A stretch of DNA of 61,139 nt from an uncultured bacterium (GCA_966211425.1 CBIHNH010000001.1:1-61139), one strand, 5' to 3'; counted from the first letter of the stretch, positions 44,198 to 54,260 are shown. Made by a program: numbers and translations. Notes: generated by a model from the sequence alone, not told the origin.

Positions 44198-45585
44198 CCA
44201 TTGGTGACGTCCAAGCTGAAATCGACCGGACTTCTGTCCGAGCCGTGGTCACGGCCGCACTCGAACGAGCAAAGGCCGACAAGACGAATGCGATTCTCGA
44301 AACCATGGACGAACGTGCACTTGAGCGTGCCGATGAGATAGATACGGAGCGTCGAGCAGGCGAATCGCGCGGACCGCTCACCGGCATTCCGTTTATCGCT
44401 AAAGATAACATGCTGACATTCGGAGGAAAAACGACCGCTGCATCAAAACTGCTCGAGAACTTCACAGCGCCGTTTCAGTCTGAGGCGATCGAACGACTCG
44501 AAGGGGCAGGCGCAATCTGTATCGCGAAGGCAAACCTTGATGCGTTTGCCCACGGTGGAAGCACTGAGAACTCAGCATTTGGACCGACGACCAATCCTCA
44601 CGACAAAGCCCGTGTTGCGGGCGGTAGCTCAGGAGGATCGGCTGCGGTTGTTGCTCTCGACATAGTTCCGTTTGCACTCGGCACTGATACTGGCGGTTCA
44701 ATTCGTGAGCCCGCAAGCTTTTGTGGTGTCGTCGGTATGAAGCCGACGTATGGTGCCGTTAGCCGCTATGGGGTTGTTGCGATGGCGAGTAGCACTGATG
44801 TAGTCGGCACACTAAGCCATACCGCTACTGATGCTCAACTGGTTATGAATACTATCGCAGGCCAGGACAGTAAGGACAGCACGACTATCGACTCACCGTA
44901 TGAGACCTCTACGGTCTCGGTTGGTAAAAAAATAGGCGTTATCAAAGAGTGGCTTGAGGATGGTGTCGCCGAAGAAGTCCGCGTCGCAACAATGGGTGCG
45001 ATTCAGCGACTGCGAGAACAGGGCTATGAGGTTGAAGAAGTGTCGCTGCCATCTTTGAAGTATGCTTTGGCGGTCTATTACATTATTGTTCCGGCGGAAG
45101 TTGCCTCAAACTTGGCGCGCTATGATGGCATCAGGTATGGCGTGCGACCAGAGGATGCAGCTTCTTTGAGTGAGGTGTATTCTCAGACGCGAACTAACGG
45201 GTTCATGCCGGAGAACAAACGTCGAATCTTGATAGGTAATTATGTGCTTTCGAGTGGGTATTATGACGCGTATTTCCAAAAGGCGGCAAAGGTTAGAACG
45301 CTCGTAGTGGAAGAATTTAATGATGCGTTCGAGACCTATGACTTTCTCGTTGGGCCGACGGTTCCAACGGTGGCTTTTGGCCTTGGCCAAAATACTCATG
45401 ACCCGCTCAGCATGTACTTGGCTGATCAGATGACCGTCTCGGCTAGTCTCGCTGGCCTGCCTGCTATTAGCGTACCCGTACAGAGCTCCGGACTTCCGGT
45501 TGGATTTCAGATAATTGCTAACCGTGGAAACGACGTTTCGGTACTTGAGCTTGCCAAAACACTCGAAATGGAGACGAGCGCATAA
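44194..45585 (+). CDS. gatA: Asp/Glu-tRNA(Asn/Gln) amidotransferase subunit A
   Basis: ATGA overlap with gatC. Amidase signature GGSSGGSAAVVA...GTDTGGSIREPASFCG. Confidence 0.96.
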   Translation: MTIGDVQAEIDRTSVRAVVTAALERAKADKTNAILETMDERALERADEIDTERRAGESRGPLTGIPFIAKDNMLTFGGKTTAASKLLENFTAPFQSEAIERLEGAGAICIAKANLDAFAHGGSTENSAFGPTTNPHDKARVAGGSSGGSAAVVALDIVPFALGTDTGGSIREPASFCGVVGMKPTYGAVSRYGVVAMASSTDVVGTLSHTATDAQLVMNTIAGQDSKDSTTIDSPYETSTVSVGKKIGVIKEWLEDGVAEEVRVATMGAIQRLREQGYEVEEVSLPSLKYALAVYYIIVPAEVASNLARYDGIRYGVRPEDAASLSEVYSQTRTNGFMPENKRRILIGNYVLSSGYYDAYFQKAAKVRTLVVEEFNDAFETYDFLVGPTVPTVAFGLGQNTHDPLSMYLADQMTVSASLAGLPAISVPVQSSGLPVGFQIIANRGNDVSVLELAKTLEMETSA

Positions 45586-45586
45586 T

Positions 45587-46003
45587 ATGGATACGTTGAT
45601 TCTAGTCATGTTTTTTGTGGTAGTGGTCATTGGACTCTTGCTCTTGATTTTTATGTCAGTGACCCGGCGCAGCGGACGTCTTCTGGACCAAACGAAATAC
45701 CGTAGCCGCTGGCTTGCTATTACCCAACAAATGGGCAGCACATCGGACAGTTGGCAGTTTGCGATATTGAGTGCCGACAAATTGCTGGACGGCGCGATGC
45801 GTGAACGAGGTATTTCAGGAAATACGCTCGGTGAACGACTCAAGAACGCAAAGCCATACCTGTCTAATATCGAGGGCGTGTGGCGTGCACACAAGCTTCG
45901 TAACCGCATCGCTCACGAAGATAGCGTCGCCGTGACAAGACGTCAGGCGAGTGAAGCGCTCAAAATATTTAAGAAAGCATTAACTGATTTGGGGGCACTT
46001 TGA
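45587..46003 (+). CDS. Single-TM protein with a HEPN-like (DUF4145-type, RNxxxH) domain, inserted between gatA and gatB
   Basis: ATG lies 1 nt after the gatA TAA, and its TGA overlaps the gatB ATG (TGATG). TM LILVMFFVVVVIGLLLLIFMSV. C-terminal helical domain with WRAHKLRNRIAHED (RNRIAH at 45899-45916). Confidence 0.75.
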   Translation: MDTLILVMFFVVVVIGLLLLIFMSVTRRSGRLLDQTKYRSRWLAITQQMGSTSDSWQFAILSADKLLDGAMRERGISGNTLGERLKNAKPYLSNIEGVWRAHKLRNRIAHEDSVAVTRRQASEALKIFKKALTDLGAL

Positions 46004-47454
46004 TGACGCTTGCTGAGGTGATGGAGCGCTATCAGCCGACGATTGGTATCGAGTGTCACGTCCAGCTGAGTACAAAGACGAAGCTGTTTAGTGGCGCCGA
46101 CAATGATGCGCGCGACAAGGAGCCAAACACAACGGTAAGCCCGATATGCTTTGGATTTCCAGGCGTTTTGCCGGTTCTGAACGACGAGGCACTCACATTA
46201 GCGATCCGTGCTGGACTTGCGCTGAAGGCATCTATTCCTGAGGTTAGCCGCTTTGAACGGAAGCACTATTTTTATCCCGATCTACCAAAAGGCTATCAGA
46301 TCACGCAGTTAGCTGAACCGGTTATAGTCGGCGGTACGGTAGAGGCGCCCCAGCTCGATGGTACAACGAAACCTGTTCGAATTCATCATGCACACCTAGA
46401 GGAAGATGCCGGCAAACTAACTCATCCAGCAGGACAGGCTGAAAGTTTCGTAGATCTAAACCGTGCAGGTACTCCGCTCATCGAGATCGTATCCGAAGCG
46501 GATATACATAGTCCAGCAGAAGCGCGGGCATTCGCGCAAGAACTTTACAAGTTAATGACTTTTGCAGGCGTAACGCATGGTGACTTGTACCATGGCAACA
46601 TGCGTTTTGACGTAAATATATCACTCGCACCGATAGGCGTTGAGACTCTTGGAACGCGCGCCGAGATAAAGAACCTAAATTCATTTCGAGCTGTTGAGAA
46701 AGCGGCCGAGTTTGAATGCATCAGACAAGCGGCCATCCTAGACAAGGAAGAGTTGGTCGTTCAGGAAACTCGCGGATGGAATGAAGATAAGCAGCAGACC
46801 TTTTCACAGCGCAGCAAAGAGGATGCACATGACTATCGGTACTTTCCGGATGCAGATATTCCACCGGTCAGGATTAACGCCGAGCGCGTCACGGCCGCCA
46901 AGGAGTCTATGCCAAGGCTCCCAGCTGACTATCGTAGTGCATGGTCATCGCTCGAACTCGACTCATCGGTCGTCAATGCGCTCCTCGCATCACGCCTATC
47001 AGCAGAAATCATCTATGAGATTCAAAAGTCTGCTGGCGACGAACATGCCGCCAGAAGTGCCCACTGGTTTGCGAGCGTGGTTGATGATGAAGAAACTGAA
47101 ACTTCCGCGTCAAACCAGCTTTCTGCAAACGCTCTGATTGATTTGTCGGCGATGGTGAGCGAATCGCTCATTAGCTCTACCGGTGCAAAACAGATATTTA
47201 ACGAGTTGCGACGCGACGGAGGTTCACCTCGAACGATCGCCGAAGAAAAGAACTTACTCCAGGTTAGCGATGAAGGCGAGATAGCGGCTATCGTCGATGC
47301 GGTTCTGGCGGCCCCCGACTCTCAAAAAGCTGTCACCGACATCCGCTCAGGCAACGACAAAGCGATTGGCTATCTCGTTGGGCAGGTGATGAAGCTTTCC
47401 CACGGGAAGGCTAATCCCGCACTGGCTCAGAAGCTGATCCGCGAACGTATCTAA
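46003..47454 (+). CDS. gatB: Asp/Glu-tRNA(Asn/Gln) amidotransferase subunit B
   Basis: YQPTIGIECHVQL, FERKHYFYPDLPKGYQITQ, HLEEDAGK, and a C-terminal GatB/YqeY domain. ATG 46003 is preferred to TTG 46000. Confidence 0.96.
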   Translation: MTLAEVMERYQPTIGIECHVQLSTKTKLFSGADNDARDKEPNTTVSPICFGFPGVLPVLNDEALTLAIRAGLALKASIPEVSRFERKHYFYPDLPKGYQITQLAEPVIVGGTVEAPQLDGTTKPVRIHHAHLEEDAGKLTHPAGQAESFVDLNRAGTPLIEIVSEADIHSPAEARAFAQELYKLMTFAGVTHGDLYHGNMRFDVNISLAPIGVETLGTRAEIKNLNSFRAVEKAAEFECIRQAAILDKEELVVQETRGWNEDKQQTFSQRSKEDAHDYRYFPDADIPPVRINAERVTAAKESMPRLPADYRSAWSSLELDSSVVNALLASRLSAEIIYEIQKSAGDEHAARSAHWFASVVDDEETETSASNQLSANALIDLSAMVSESLISSTGAKQIFNELRRDGGSPRTIAEEKNLLQVSDEGEIAAIVDAVLAAPDSQKAVTDIRSGNDKAIGYLVGQVMKLSHGKANPALAQKLIRERI

Positions 47455-47464
47455 AAGGAGGGCT

Positions 47465-48343
47465 ATGAAACAACCGACTAAGGCTATCATCTGTGCTGCC
47501 GGGCTTGGGACGCGATTTCTACCGCAAACAAAGGCGATGCCAAAAGAGATGCTGCCTATTATAGACCGCCCAGTTATCCAGCTGATTGTCGAAGAGGTTG
47601 TGGCCGCAGGTGTTACCGATATCATCATCGTCACCGGTAGTACGAAGCGTGCCATCGAAGACCATTTTGATCGATCCGATGAACTAGAGACAGAGCTGCG
47701 CGATAAAGGCAAAGGCGACAAGGCTGATGAGATCAAAAAGATTGCTGAGTTGGCAAATTTCGTCTATGTACGGCAAAAAGGAACACCGAAGGGCAACGCC
47801 CGACCAGTCCTTAATGCTCGTCATCTCATCAATGATGACGAGCCGTTTTTTGTGTTTTTCGCCGATGACTTTTTTCGCTCCGATGTACCTCGAGCTGTAC
47901 AGCTCAAAAATGCTTACATGCGTACGGGTAAATCGGTCATCTCGCTGATCGAAATTGACCGTTCAGAGGCTGACAAATACGGCATGGCAGCCATTAGTGA
48001 CGATCTCGGTGACGGCACCTTTAAGCTGACCGAACTGATCGAGAAGCCTGGTGCAGACCTGGCGCCGAGCTCATTCGCATCGGTTGGGGGTTATCTGCTG
48101 ACACCGGATATTCTCGCTATCATCGCCGAGGAAAAACCTGGAAAAGGCGGTGAGATAACGCTTGCCGACAGTATCAACAAGCTAGCGCAAGTCGACAAGG
48201 TTTACGGTCAATTCATTGATGGCGTTTGGCATGACACCGGCGATCAGCTCAAGTATCTCGAAGCGATTGTTGATAACGCACTCGTTCATCCAAAGCTGAG
48301 TGAGCCATTTCGTAACTATCTGAAGCACCGTCTCGATAATTAA
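47465..48343 (+). CDS. galU: UTP--glucose-1-phosphate uridylyltransferase
   Basis: AIICAAGLGTRFLPQTKAMPKEMLPI and VGGYLLTPDI. AAGGAGG SD. Confidence 0.93.
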   Translation: MKQPTKAIICAAGLGTRFLPQTKAMPKEMLPIIDRPVIQLIVEEVVAAGVTDIIIVTGSTKRAIEDHFDRSDELETELRDKGKGDKADEIKKIAELANFVYVRQKGTPKGNARPVLNARHLINDDEPFFVFFADDFFRSDVPRAVQLKNAYMRTGKSVISLIEIDRSEADKYGMAAISDDLGDGTFKLTELIEKPGADLAPSSFASVGGYLLTPDILAIIAEEKPGKGGEITLADSINKLAQVDKVYGQFIDGVWHDTGDQLKYLEAIVDNALVHPKLSEPFRNYLKHRLDN

Positions 48344-48419
48344 GACAGTACAACAGGGGTAGTTGACGGGGTCATGATATACTAACAAATGACGCGAATT
48401 CTATAAAAGGAGCACTCTC

Positions 48420-48659
48420 ATGGACGCAATGCAAATACTCGTAATCATTCTGGCATCATTTCTGGCTCTGTTCCTTCTGCTTGCAGTGATTTTGATCGTA
48501 TTACTTATCAAAGTTACCCGCCAGATAAAACAGGTAACCACGTCAGCCCAGTCTGCTGCCGATAACATTAACTCTTTCGTCGGAAATGTCAGCAAGTTCA
48601 CTTCACCCGCAATCGTAGCTAAGCTGGTGATGGATCAACTAAAAAAGATGCGCAAGTAG
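48420..48659 (+). CDS. Small membrane protein (N-terminal TM + helical tail, DUF948-like)
   Basis: 79 aa. ILVIILASFLALFLLLAVILIVLLI. AAAGGAG SD. Confidence 0.65.
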   Translation: MDAMQILVIILASFLALFLLLAVILIVLLIKVTRQIKQVTTSAQSAADNINSFVGNVSKFTSPAIVAKLVMDQLKKMRK

Positions 48660-48672
48660 CGATAGCCCAGCG

Positions 48673-48990
48673 ATGCGTCGTTTTAAGTCATTTCTTCGGA
48701 AAAATCACGAAACCACTGTCAAAAACAATGAGCGCGAGGCAAAACTTGCGACGCTCGAAGTGCTCTTTAACGATCTCTATAACGATCGGCGGCGAATATA
48801 CAAACTGAACTTTTTCCGTGGTATCGTCTTTGGTGCAGGAAGTGCGCTCGGTGGAACGGTTGTTATCGCTCTGGCGGTCTGGCTCCTGTCGTTGTTTGTG
48901 AACGCGCCGCTTATCGGCGATATCTTTAAAAATGCGCAACAATCAATAGAACAGACTACCGAGCAATCTCGACAAAAAATCGATCAGTAG
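48673..48990 (+). CDS. Small membrane protein
   Basis: 105 aa. Basic N-terminus, Gly-rich TM FFRGIVFGAGSALGGTVVIALAVWLL. Confidence 0.6.
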   Translation: MRRFKSFLRKNHETTVKNNEREAKLATLEVLFNDLYNDRRRIYKLNFFRGIVFGAGSALGGTVVIALAVWLLSLFVNAPLIGDIFKNAQQSIEQTTEQSRQKIDQ

Positions 48991-49048
48991 GTTGGGTAAT
49001 TGTTTGCGGGTGAGACTGGCATATATTCCTCATCCATGACTAATCAAA

Positions 49049-49057
49049 TGCTATACT
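49049..49057 (+). promoter_or_regulatory. Extended -10 TGCTATACT 8 nt upstream of the dnaE ATG (leaderless-type)
   Basis: TGCTATACT-AGAGAGAC-ATG(49066). Confidence 0.45.
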
Positions 49058-49065
49058 AGAGAGAC

Positions 49066-52000
49066 ATGACTGCGGGGGAAAATCAGGCAACGAAATCGGG
49101 GTTGAAGGCCTCGGATTATGTCCATCTACACAACCATACTCATCATAGTCTGCTCGATGGGCTGACAAAGGTTGATGAACTTGTTGACCGTGTCAAAAGC
49201 CTCGGGATGAGTGCGGTCGCGATGACCGACCACGGCACACTATCGGGGGCGATCGAGTTTTATAAAGCCTGCAAAGCGGCAGATATCAAACCGATCATCG
49301 GTATCGAGACCTATGTTGCGGCCCGTACGATTCACGATAGAGACCCCGCAAAGGACAAGGCACGGTACCATCTCATCTTGCTCGCTATGAACAACACGGG
49401 CTATCAGAACTTGATGCAACTGAGTTCGATCGCAAACCTCGAAGGTGTGTATTATAAACCTCGCATCGACCATGAGTTGCTCGAAAAGTACAACGAAGGT
49501 ATTATCGCGCTCAGTGCGTGTGCTGGTGGCGAGGTCGGTGAAAGTATCCGTTCCGGGAACTACGACGAAGCGAAGCGAATAGCCAGTTGGTACAAGCAGG
49601 TGTTTGGTGATCGTTATTACTTAGAGATCCAGGATCATAATGAATGGGATGTGCAGCGTTCTATCAACGAGGGTGTTCTAAAACTCGGCGCAGAACTCGG
49701 TATCGAGTGTGTGGTTACGAGCGACGCGCACTATATCGATGAGAGCGACCAAGAGGCGCACGAGATATTGCTCTGCGTAGGGACTGGGGCATATTTTAGC
49801 GACCAAGATAGGATGAGTTTGAAGGATTTCCATCTCCATGTTACTGATCCTGGTGACATCATAGAGAGATGGGGTACGCACAGCCCGGCGATCATCACGA
49901 ACACCAAAGCAATCGCTGACCGCTGCGATGTAACGCTAGAGTTTGGCAAGATACTTATCCCGACATTTCCAGTTCCAGAGGGCGAGACTGAAAAATCGTA
50001 TCTCGACACGCTTGTTTGGCAAGGCCTGGCCTGGCGTTATGGTGGCGTGAACACGCAAGAAGCAGAGACACTCTCGATCGAAACTTGTCGCACGAAACTA
50101 GATGACGCGATACTCTCGCGAGCCGACTATGAGCTCGGTGTTATTGACAGTATGGGATTCAACGGTTACTTTCTGATCATTCACGACTTTATCAGCTGGG
50201 GAAAGAACCGTGGTATTATTTTTGGTCCTGGCCGAGGGTCTGCGGCGGGCTCGATAATATCCTATGCGCTGAATATTACCGAGCTTGATCCACTCAAATA
50301 CGATTTGCTGTTCGAGCGTTTTTTGAACCCTGATCGCATCAGTATGCCAGATGTTGATATCGACATCCAGGATACTCGGCGTGACGAGGTGATCCAGTAC
50401 TGTGTCGAGAAATACGGTACTGAGCGTGTCGCGAACATCACGACTTTTGGCAAGATGGCTGCTCGTGCGGCGGTTCGGGATGTAGCCCGAGTCCTACAGG
50501 TACCGTATGGTGATGCTGATCGACTCGCTAAACTCATTCCAGCACCGGTCCAGGGTCGGCATATTCCGCTCAAAACGAGTATCGTCGAAGACGCAGATCT
50601 GAGACGTGAATACGAAACAAATCCAACAGTCAAGAAAGTCATAGATTTTGCGGTGCGCCTCGAGGGGACTATCCGCTCACACGGCGTCCACGCGGCCGGT
50701 GTCGTGATCGCCCCTGATGACATCGTAAAGTTCGCGCCACTTGAAATGGCTCAAAAGGGGGTTGTAGCTACGCAGTATCCGATGGGTCCGGTTGAGGATC
50801 TAGGATTGCTCAAAATGGACTTCCTTGGTCTATCTAACCTTTCGATCATCAATAACGCGCTCCGTATAATCCGAAAAGTGTACGATGTCGAAATAGCACT
50901 TAGTGATATCCCGCTTGATGATACGAAAGCCTATGAGCTCTTTCAGCGCGGTGATACCACAGGTGTTTTCCAGCTCGAGTCTGCTGGTATGAAACGCTAC
51001 CTTCGTGAACTCAAGCCAACGGTGTTTGAAGACATTGTAGCAATGGTGGCTCTTTATCGACCGGGTCCGATGCAGTTTATTGATGACTTCATTAAGCGTA
51101 AACACGGTGAAAAGGTCATTAGCTACCCACACGATAGCATGAAAGGTGCCCTCGAAACTACGTACGGTATCTTGGTCTACCAAGAGCAGGTCATGCAGAT
51201 TTCAAAGGAAGTCTGCGGCTTTACGGGTGGCGAAGCGGATACGCTCCGTAAGGCTATCGGTAAGAAAAACGCCGAGCTTATGGCAAAGATGAAAGACAAA
51301 ATGATTGAGGGTGGATCTAAGCACTCAGGGATTGATAGGGCATTGATGGAACGGTTCTGGAAGCAGCTCGAAGATTTTGCGGCGTATTGTTTCAATAAAT
51401 CCCACGCTGCTTGTTATGGCCTAATCGCCTACTGGACGGCATATCTGAAGGCACATTATCCTGATGCGTTTATGGCGGCACTGATGACAAGCGACCTCGA
51501 TAACACTGAACGGCTCGCTATCGAGATTAACGAGTGCAAGCATATGGGGCTGACTGTTCTGCCTCCAGATGTAAACGAAAGCTTCGTTGAGTTCGGCGTT
51601 GTCTCAGGAACGAAACAGATCCGATTTGGCATGGCGGCTATCAAGGGGGTGGGGACGGGTGCTGTTGAGGAAATCCTTCGTGCACGCGAGGACGGACCGT
51701 TTGAGTCGATAGCGGACTTTGCGCAGCGTGTCAGTACGAGGAGCGTGAACCGCAAAGCATGGGAGTCTCTCGTGCGAGCCGGTGCGTTCGACCGGCTCGG
51801 CGACCGGTCGGATATTTTGTTTAACATGGATACGATTCTTGGGTACGCCTCGAAGCTGCAAAAGGAACGGGCAACGAACCAGGCGGATCTATTTGGTGGG
51901 TTAGCTGAGGCTGTTGCTCTACCAGAGATTGCACTCGAAGCGGCACCGCAGAAGCATTCTGAAAAAGAACGCCTACAGTGGGAGCGAGAGTTACTTGGCC

Positions 52001-52713
52001 TTTATCTGAGCGCGCATCCACTCGATCGTTACGATGCTTATTTCGAAGAGCAAACCGTGCCACTTATCAGCCTAAAGCCGGAGCACGACAAAAAAGCGGT
52101 CGTTGTCGGTGGCGTCATCAGCTCTGTTCGGCAGATCATTACAAAGAGTGGCTCAAAAATGGCTTTTGTCGCCCTAGAGGACAAGATGGGTGAAGGTGAA
52201 GTGATCGTTTTTCCGAGCCTGTTCGAGGAAATCGGCAGCAAACTTATCCAGGACGAAGTCGTTAAGGTAGAGGGTAAGATCAGTAGCACGGATCGACAAG
52301 GGAACTCGCTGGGTGAAGCAAAGATCATCGCTGACGCCTTTATTTTTGTCAGCGGCGAAGAGCTCGATAGTTATCGCGCGACGGGTAAAAAGATGAAAGA
52401 GCTTAAGCCGCGAAAACCAAAATCAGCTGCTGCGTCAAAACTAAAGCAAGCTGAGGAGAAATACGACTATCGCCCGGTTGATGATCGCGAACCTCCACGA
52501 CTCTATGTTCGGGTGCTTGATCCCGCCGATCACGACAAGCTCCATGCCCTGAAAAAGCTACTCAATAACTTTGTCGGAGAGAGCGAGATTATCTTGGTTT
52601 TGGGCGCCGACAAATCCTCTGCAATGCGCTTACCTTTTAGGATCGATCCGCAACAAGCCTTGCAATCAGCCATCGGTGAACTCTATGGCGTCGAACACGT
52701 CGTATTAAAATAA
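49066..52713 (+). CDS. dnaE: DNA polymerase III alpha subunit
   Basis: PHP domain YVHLHNHTHHSLLDG, catalytic PDVDIDI, FNKSHAACYG, and an OB fold near the C-terminus. 1215 aa. Confidence 0.97.
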   Translation: MTAGENQATKSGLKASDYVHLHNHTHHSLLDGLTKVDELVDRVKSLGMSAVAMTDHGTLSGAIEFYKACKAADIKPIIGIETYVAARTIHDRDPAKDKARYHLILLAMNNTGYQNLMQLSSIANLEGVYYKPRIDHELLEKYNEGIIALSACAGGEVGESIRSGNYDEAKRIASWYKQVFGDRYYLEIQDHNEWDVQRSINEGVLKLGAELGIECVVTSDAHYIDESDQEAHEILLCVGTGAYFSDQDRMSLKDFHLHVTDPGDIIERWGTHSPAIITNTKAIADRCDVTLEFGKILIPTFPVPEGETEKSYLDTLVWQGLAWRYGGVNTQEAETLSIETCRTKLDDAILSRADYELGVIDSMGFNGYFLIIHDFISWGKNRGIIFGPGRGSAAGSIISYALNITELDPLKYDLLFERFLNPDRISMPDVDIDIQDTRRDEVIQYCVEKYGTERVANITTFGKMAARAAVRDVARVLQVPYGDADRLAKLIPAPVQGRHIPLKTSIVEDADLRREYETNPTVKKVIDFAVRLEGTIRSHGVHAAGVVIAPDDIVKFAPLEMAQKGVVATQYPMGPVEDLGLLKMDFLGLSNLSIINNALRIIRKVYDVEIALSDIPLDDTKAYELFQRGDTTGVFQLESAGMKRYLRELKPTVFEDIVAMVALYRPGPMQFIDDFIKRKHGEKVISYPHDSMKGALETTYGILVYQEQVMQISKEVCGFTGGEADTLRKAIGKKNAELMAKMKDKMIEGGSKHSGIDRALMERFWKQLEDFAAYCFNKSHAACYGLIAYWTAYLKAHYPDAFMAALMTSDLDNTERLAIEINECKHMGLTVLPPDVNESFVEFGVVSGTKQIRFGMAAIKGVGTGAVEEILRAREDGPFESIADFAQRVSTRSVNRKAWESLVRAGAFDRLGDRSDILFNMDTILGYASKLQKERATNQADLFGGLAEAVALPEIALEAAPQKHSEKERLQWERELLGLYLSAHPLDRYDAYFEEQTVPLISLKPEHDKKAVVVGGVISSVRQIITKSGSKMAFVALEDKMGEGEVIVFPSLFEEIGSKLIQDEVVKVEGKISSTDRQGNSLGEAKIIADAFIFVSGEELDSYRATGKKMKELKPRKPKSAAASKLKQAEEKYDYRPVDDREPPRLYVRVLDPADHDKLHALKKLLNNFVGESEIILVLGADKSSAMRLPFRIDPQQALQSAIGELYGVEHVVLK

Positions 52714-52723
52714 TAAAAAATTG

Positions 52724-53749
52724 TTACTTAACGGTGCCGTAGGTTGTAAGGAGTATTAGGGCGGTTATGGCAGCAATAATGCTGGCATCGACGCCAGGAT
52801 GTGTTGCAACGAAATGCTCACCTGTCGTGATTGTCTGCTGGAAGGCTGAGCGATGGGTTAGGGCATAGCCAACTACCGATACGCAGACGAGGACTAAACT
52901 GATTATTGCCGTGACGGGTGCGCTTTTGTGTGTGAGCATACTGAGAACTGATATACGTGAGTTCGATCCGGTCTGGATAGCCGCTGTTGCGATAGGCGCA
53001 GCTTCAGTGGGTGCTGTATTTGGACTCGTGGCGTCTCCGGCCTCCTTTGCTGCGGGCTCGTTCGTCGGCTCGGCTGGACTGGTTGGCGGAGTTGCTTCAG
53101 GAGCAGGTGTGCTCGGTGACGGTTGAGTAGCAGCTGGCGTTGATGACGGAGCCGGCGGTGCTGGTGCGGGTGCCGCTGGAGCTACTGGAGCCGGGGCGGC
53201 GCTAGCACGTGACCCATAGTGCGCAACAACAATAGTCTGCTGGCCCTCGCTCTGATAACTCGGCGTGTTAACGATACCAAAGCCAACATCAATGTACTGT
53301 CCAAGAACATTCGCCTGGTGCGAGGGGCTATTCATCCAACCGTCAATCGTTGATTGGCTGGAGGAAAACCCATACGCTAAGTTCTCGCCAGCTCGCGTGT
53401 AGGAATAGCCTGCTTGCTGGAAAAAATACCATGGTTCAGTACCATCAGGCGCCGTGTGGGCCCAGTAGTTATGCGCTGCCATGTGCTCTGCTTTCATCTG
53501 CGCAGAGTTGTTGAGTTGCGCGTCCAGCGTCAGTGATCCGAGGCCGTTCGCGGAACGGGCAGTATTGGTCCCGCTGAGTAGGCCGCTTCGGCTCATTTCG
53601 GTCGCATAGGCAAGGACCTTAGGTGAAAAACTAATATTTCCCGGTAAAGATCCGGCATCAAGGCGTACGATGAAAAACGCTGCCAATAGTACCGTCAGAA
53701 AACCAATTCGACGGAGATGAAACACATGCTTTTTTTGTTTTTGTTTCAT
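52724..53749 (-). CDS. CAP/SCP (YkwD-like) domain protein with N-terminal anchor, Pro/Ala-rich linker and C-terminal TM helices
   Basis: CAP motifs NYWAHT, GENLAYGF, GWMNSPSHQANVL, VGFG. Linker APAPVAPAAPAPAPPAPSSTP.... Two C-terminal hydrophobic helices. Confidence 0.85.
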   Translation of the reverse strand: MKQKQKKHVFHLRRIGFLTVLLAAFFIVRLDAGSLPGNISFSPKVLAYATEMSRSGLLSGTNTARSANGLGSLTLDAQLNNSAQMKAEHMAAHNYWAHTAPDGTEPWYFFQQAGYSYTRAGENLAYGFSSSQSTIDGWMNSPSHQANVLGQYIDVGFGIVNTPSYQSEGQQTIVVAHYGSRASAAPAPVAPAAPAPAPPAPSSTPAATQPSPSTPAPEATPPTSPAEPTNEPAAKEAGDATSPNTAPTEAAPIATAAIQTGSNSRISVLSMLTHKSAPVTAIISLVLVCVSVVGYALTHRSAFQQTITTGEHFVATHPGVDASIIAAITALILLTTYGTVK

Positions 53750-53768
53750 GATGCTAATCGTTATTATA

Positions 53769-54260
53769 TCAGGATTTTAACGAAAGACTATAGAGTGCTA
53801 TCCCGGTTGCAACGCTAACATTGAACGACTCCTTTGAGCCCTGCATTGGTATCTCCAGGAGTACTTCGCACTCATCGCGTAGCGCTCTGGTGATACCGTT
53901 CACTTCTTCGCCGAGCAGGAGGGCTATTTTTTCCGGCGGTCTGTAGTTGGGGAGTAAAACTGATCGTGTATCTTGTTCTAGTCCGACGATAACGTACCCA
54001 GCCGTCCTGAGCGCTGCAAAGTCGAGTGACTCTTGGTGTTCGAAAGGCACCAACGATTCCGCGCCGAGAGCTGTCTTATTGATCTGTTTAGTGATCTTTT
54101 CTGTAAGGTGGGGCAAGCGTGTATCGCCAGTGATGCGCGGGTAGGGAGTGTAGCCGCTACATATGATGCGGCGCACACCGAAACCTTCGGCCGATCGAAA
54201 AATCGACCCGACGTTGTGTGTTGATCGAATGTTATGGGCTATCAAAACTATTTCTTGCAT
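53769..54260 (-). CDS. TrmH/SpoU-family RNA 2'-O-methyltransferase
   Basis: IRSTHNVGSIFRSAEGFG, LLLGEEVNGI, IPMQGSKESFNVSVATGIALY. Confidence 0.88.
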   Translation of the reverse strand: MQEIVLIAHNIRSTHNVGSIFRSAEGFGVRRIICSGYTPYPRITGDTRLPHLTEKITKQINKTALGAESLVPFEHQESLDFAALRTAGYVIVGLEQDTRSVLLPNYRPPEKIALLLGEEVNGITRALRDECEVLLEIPMQGSKESFNVSVATGIALYSLSLKS

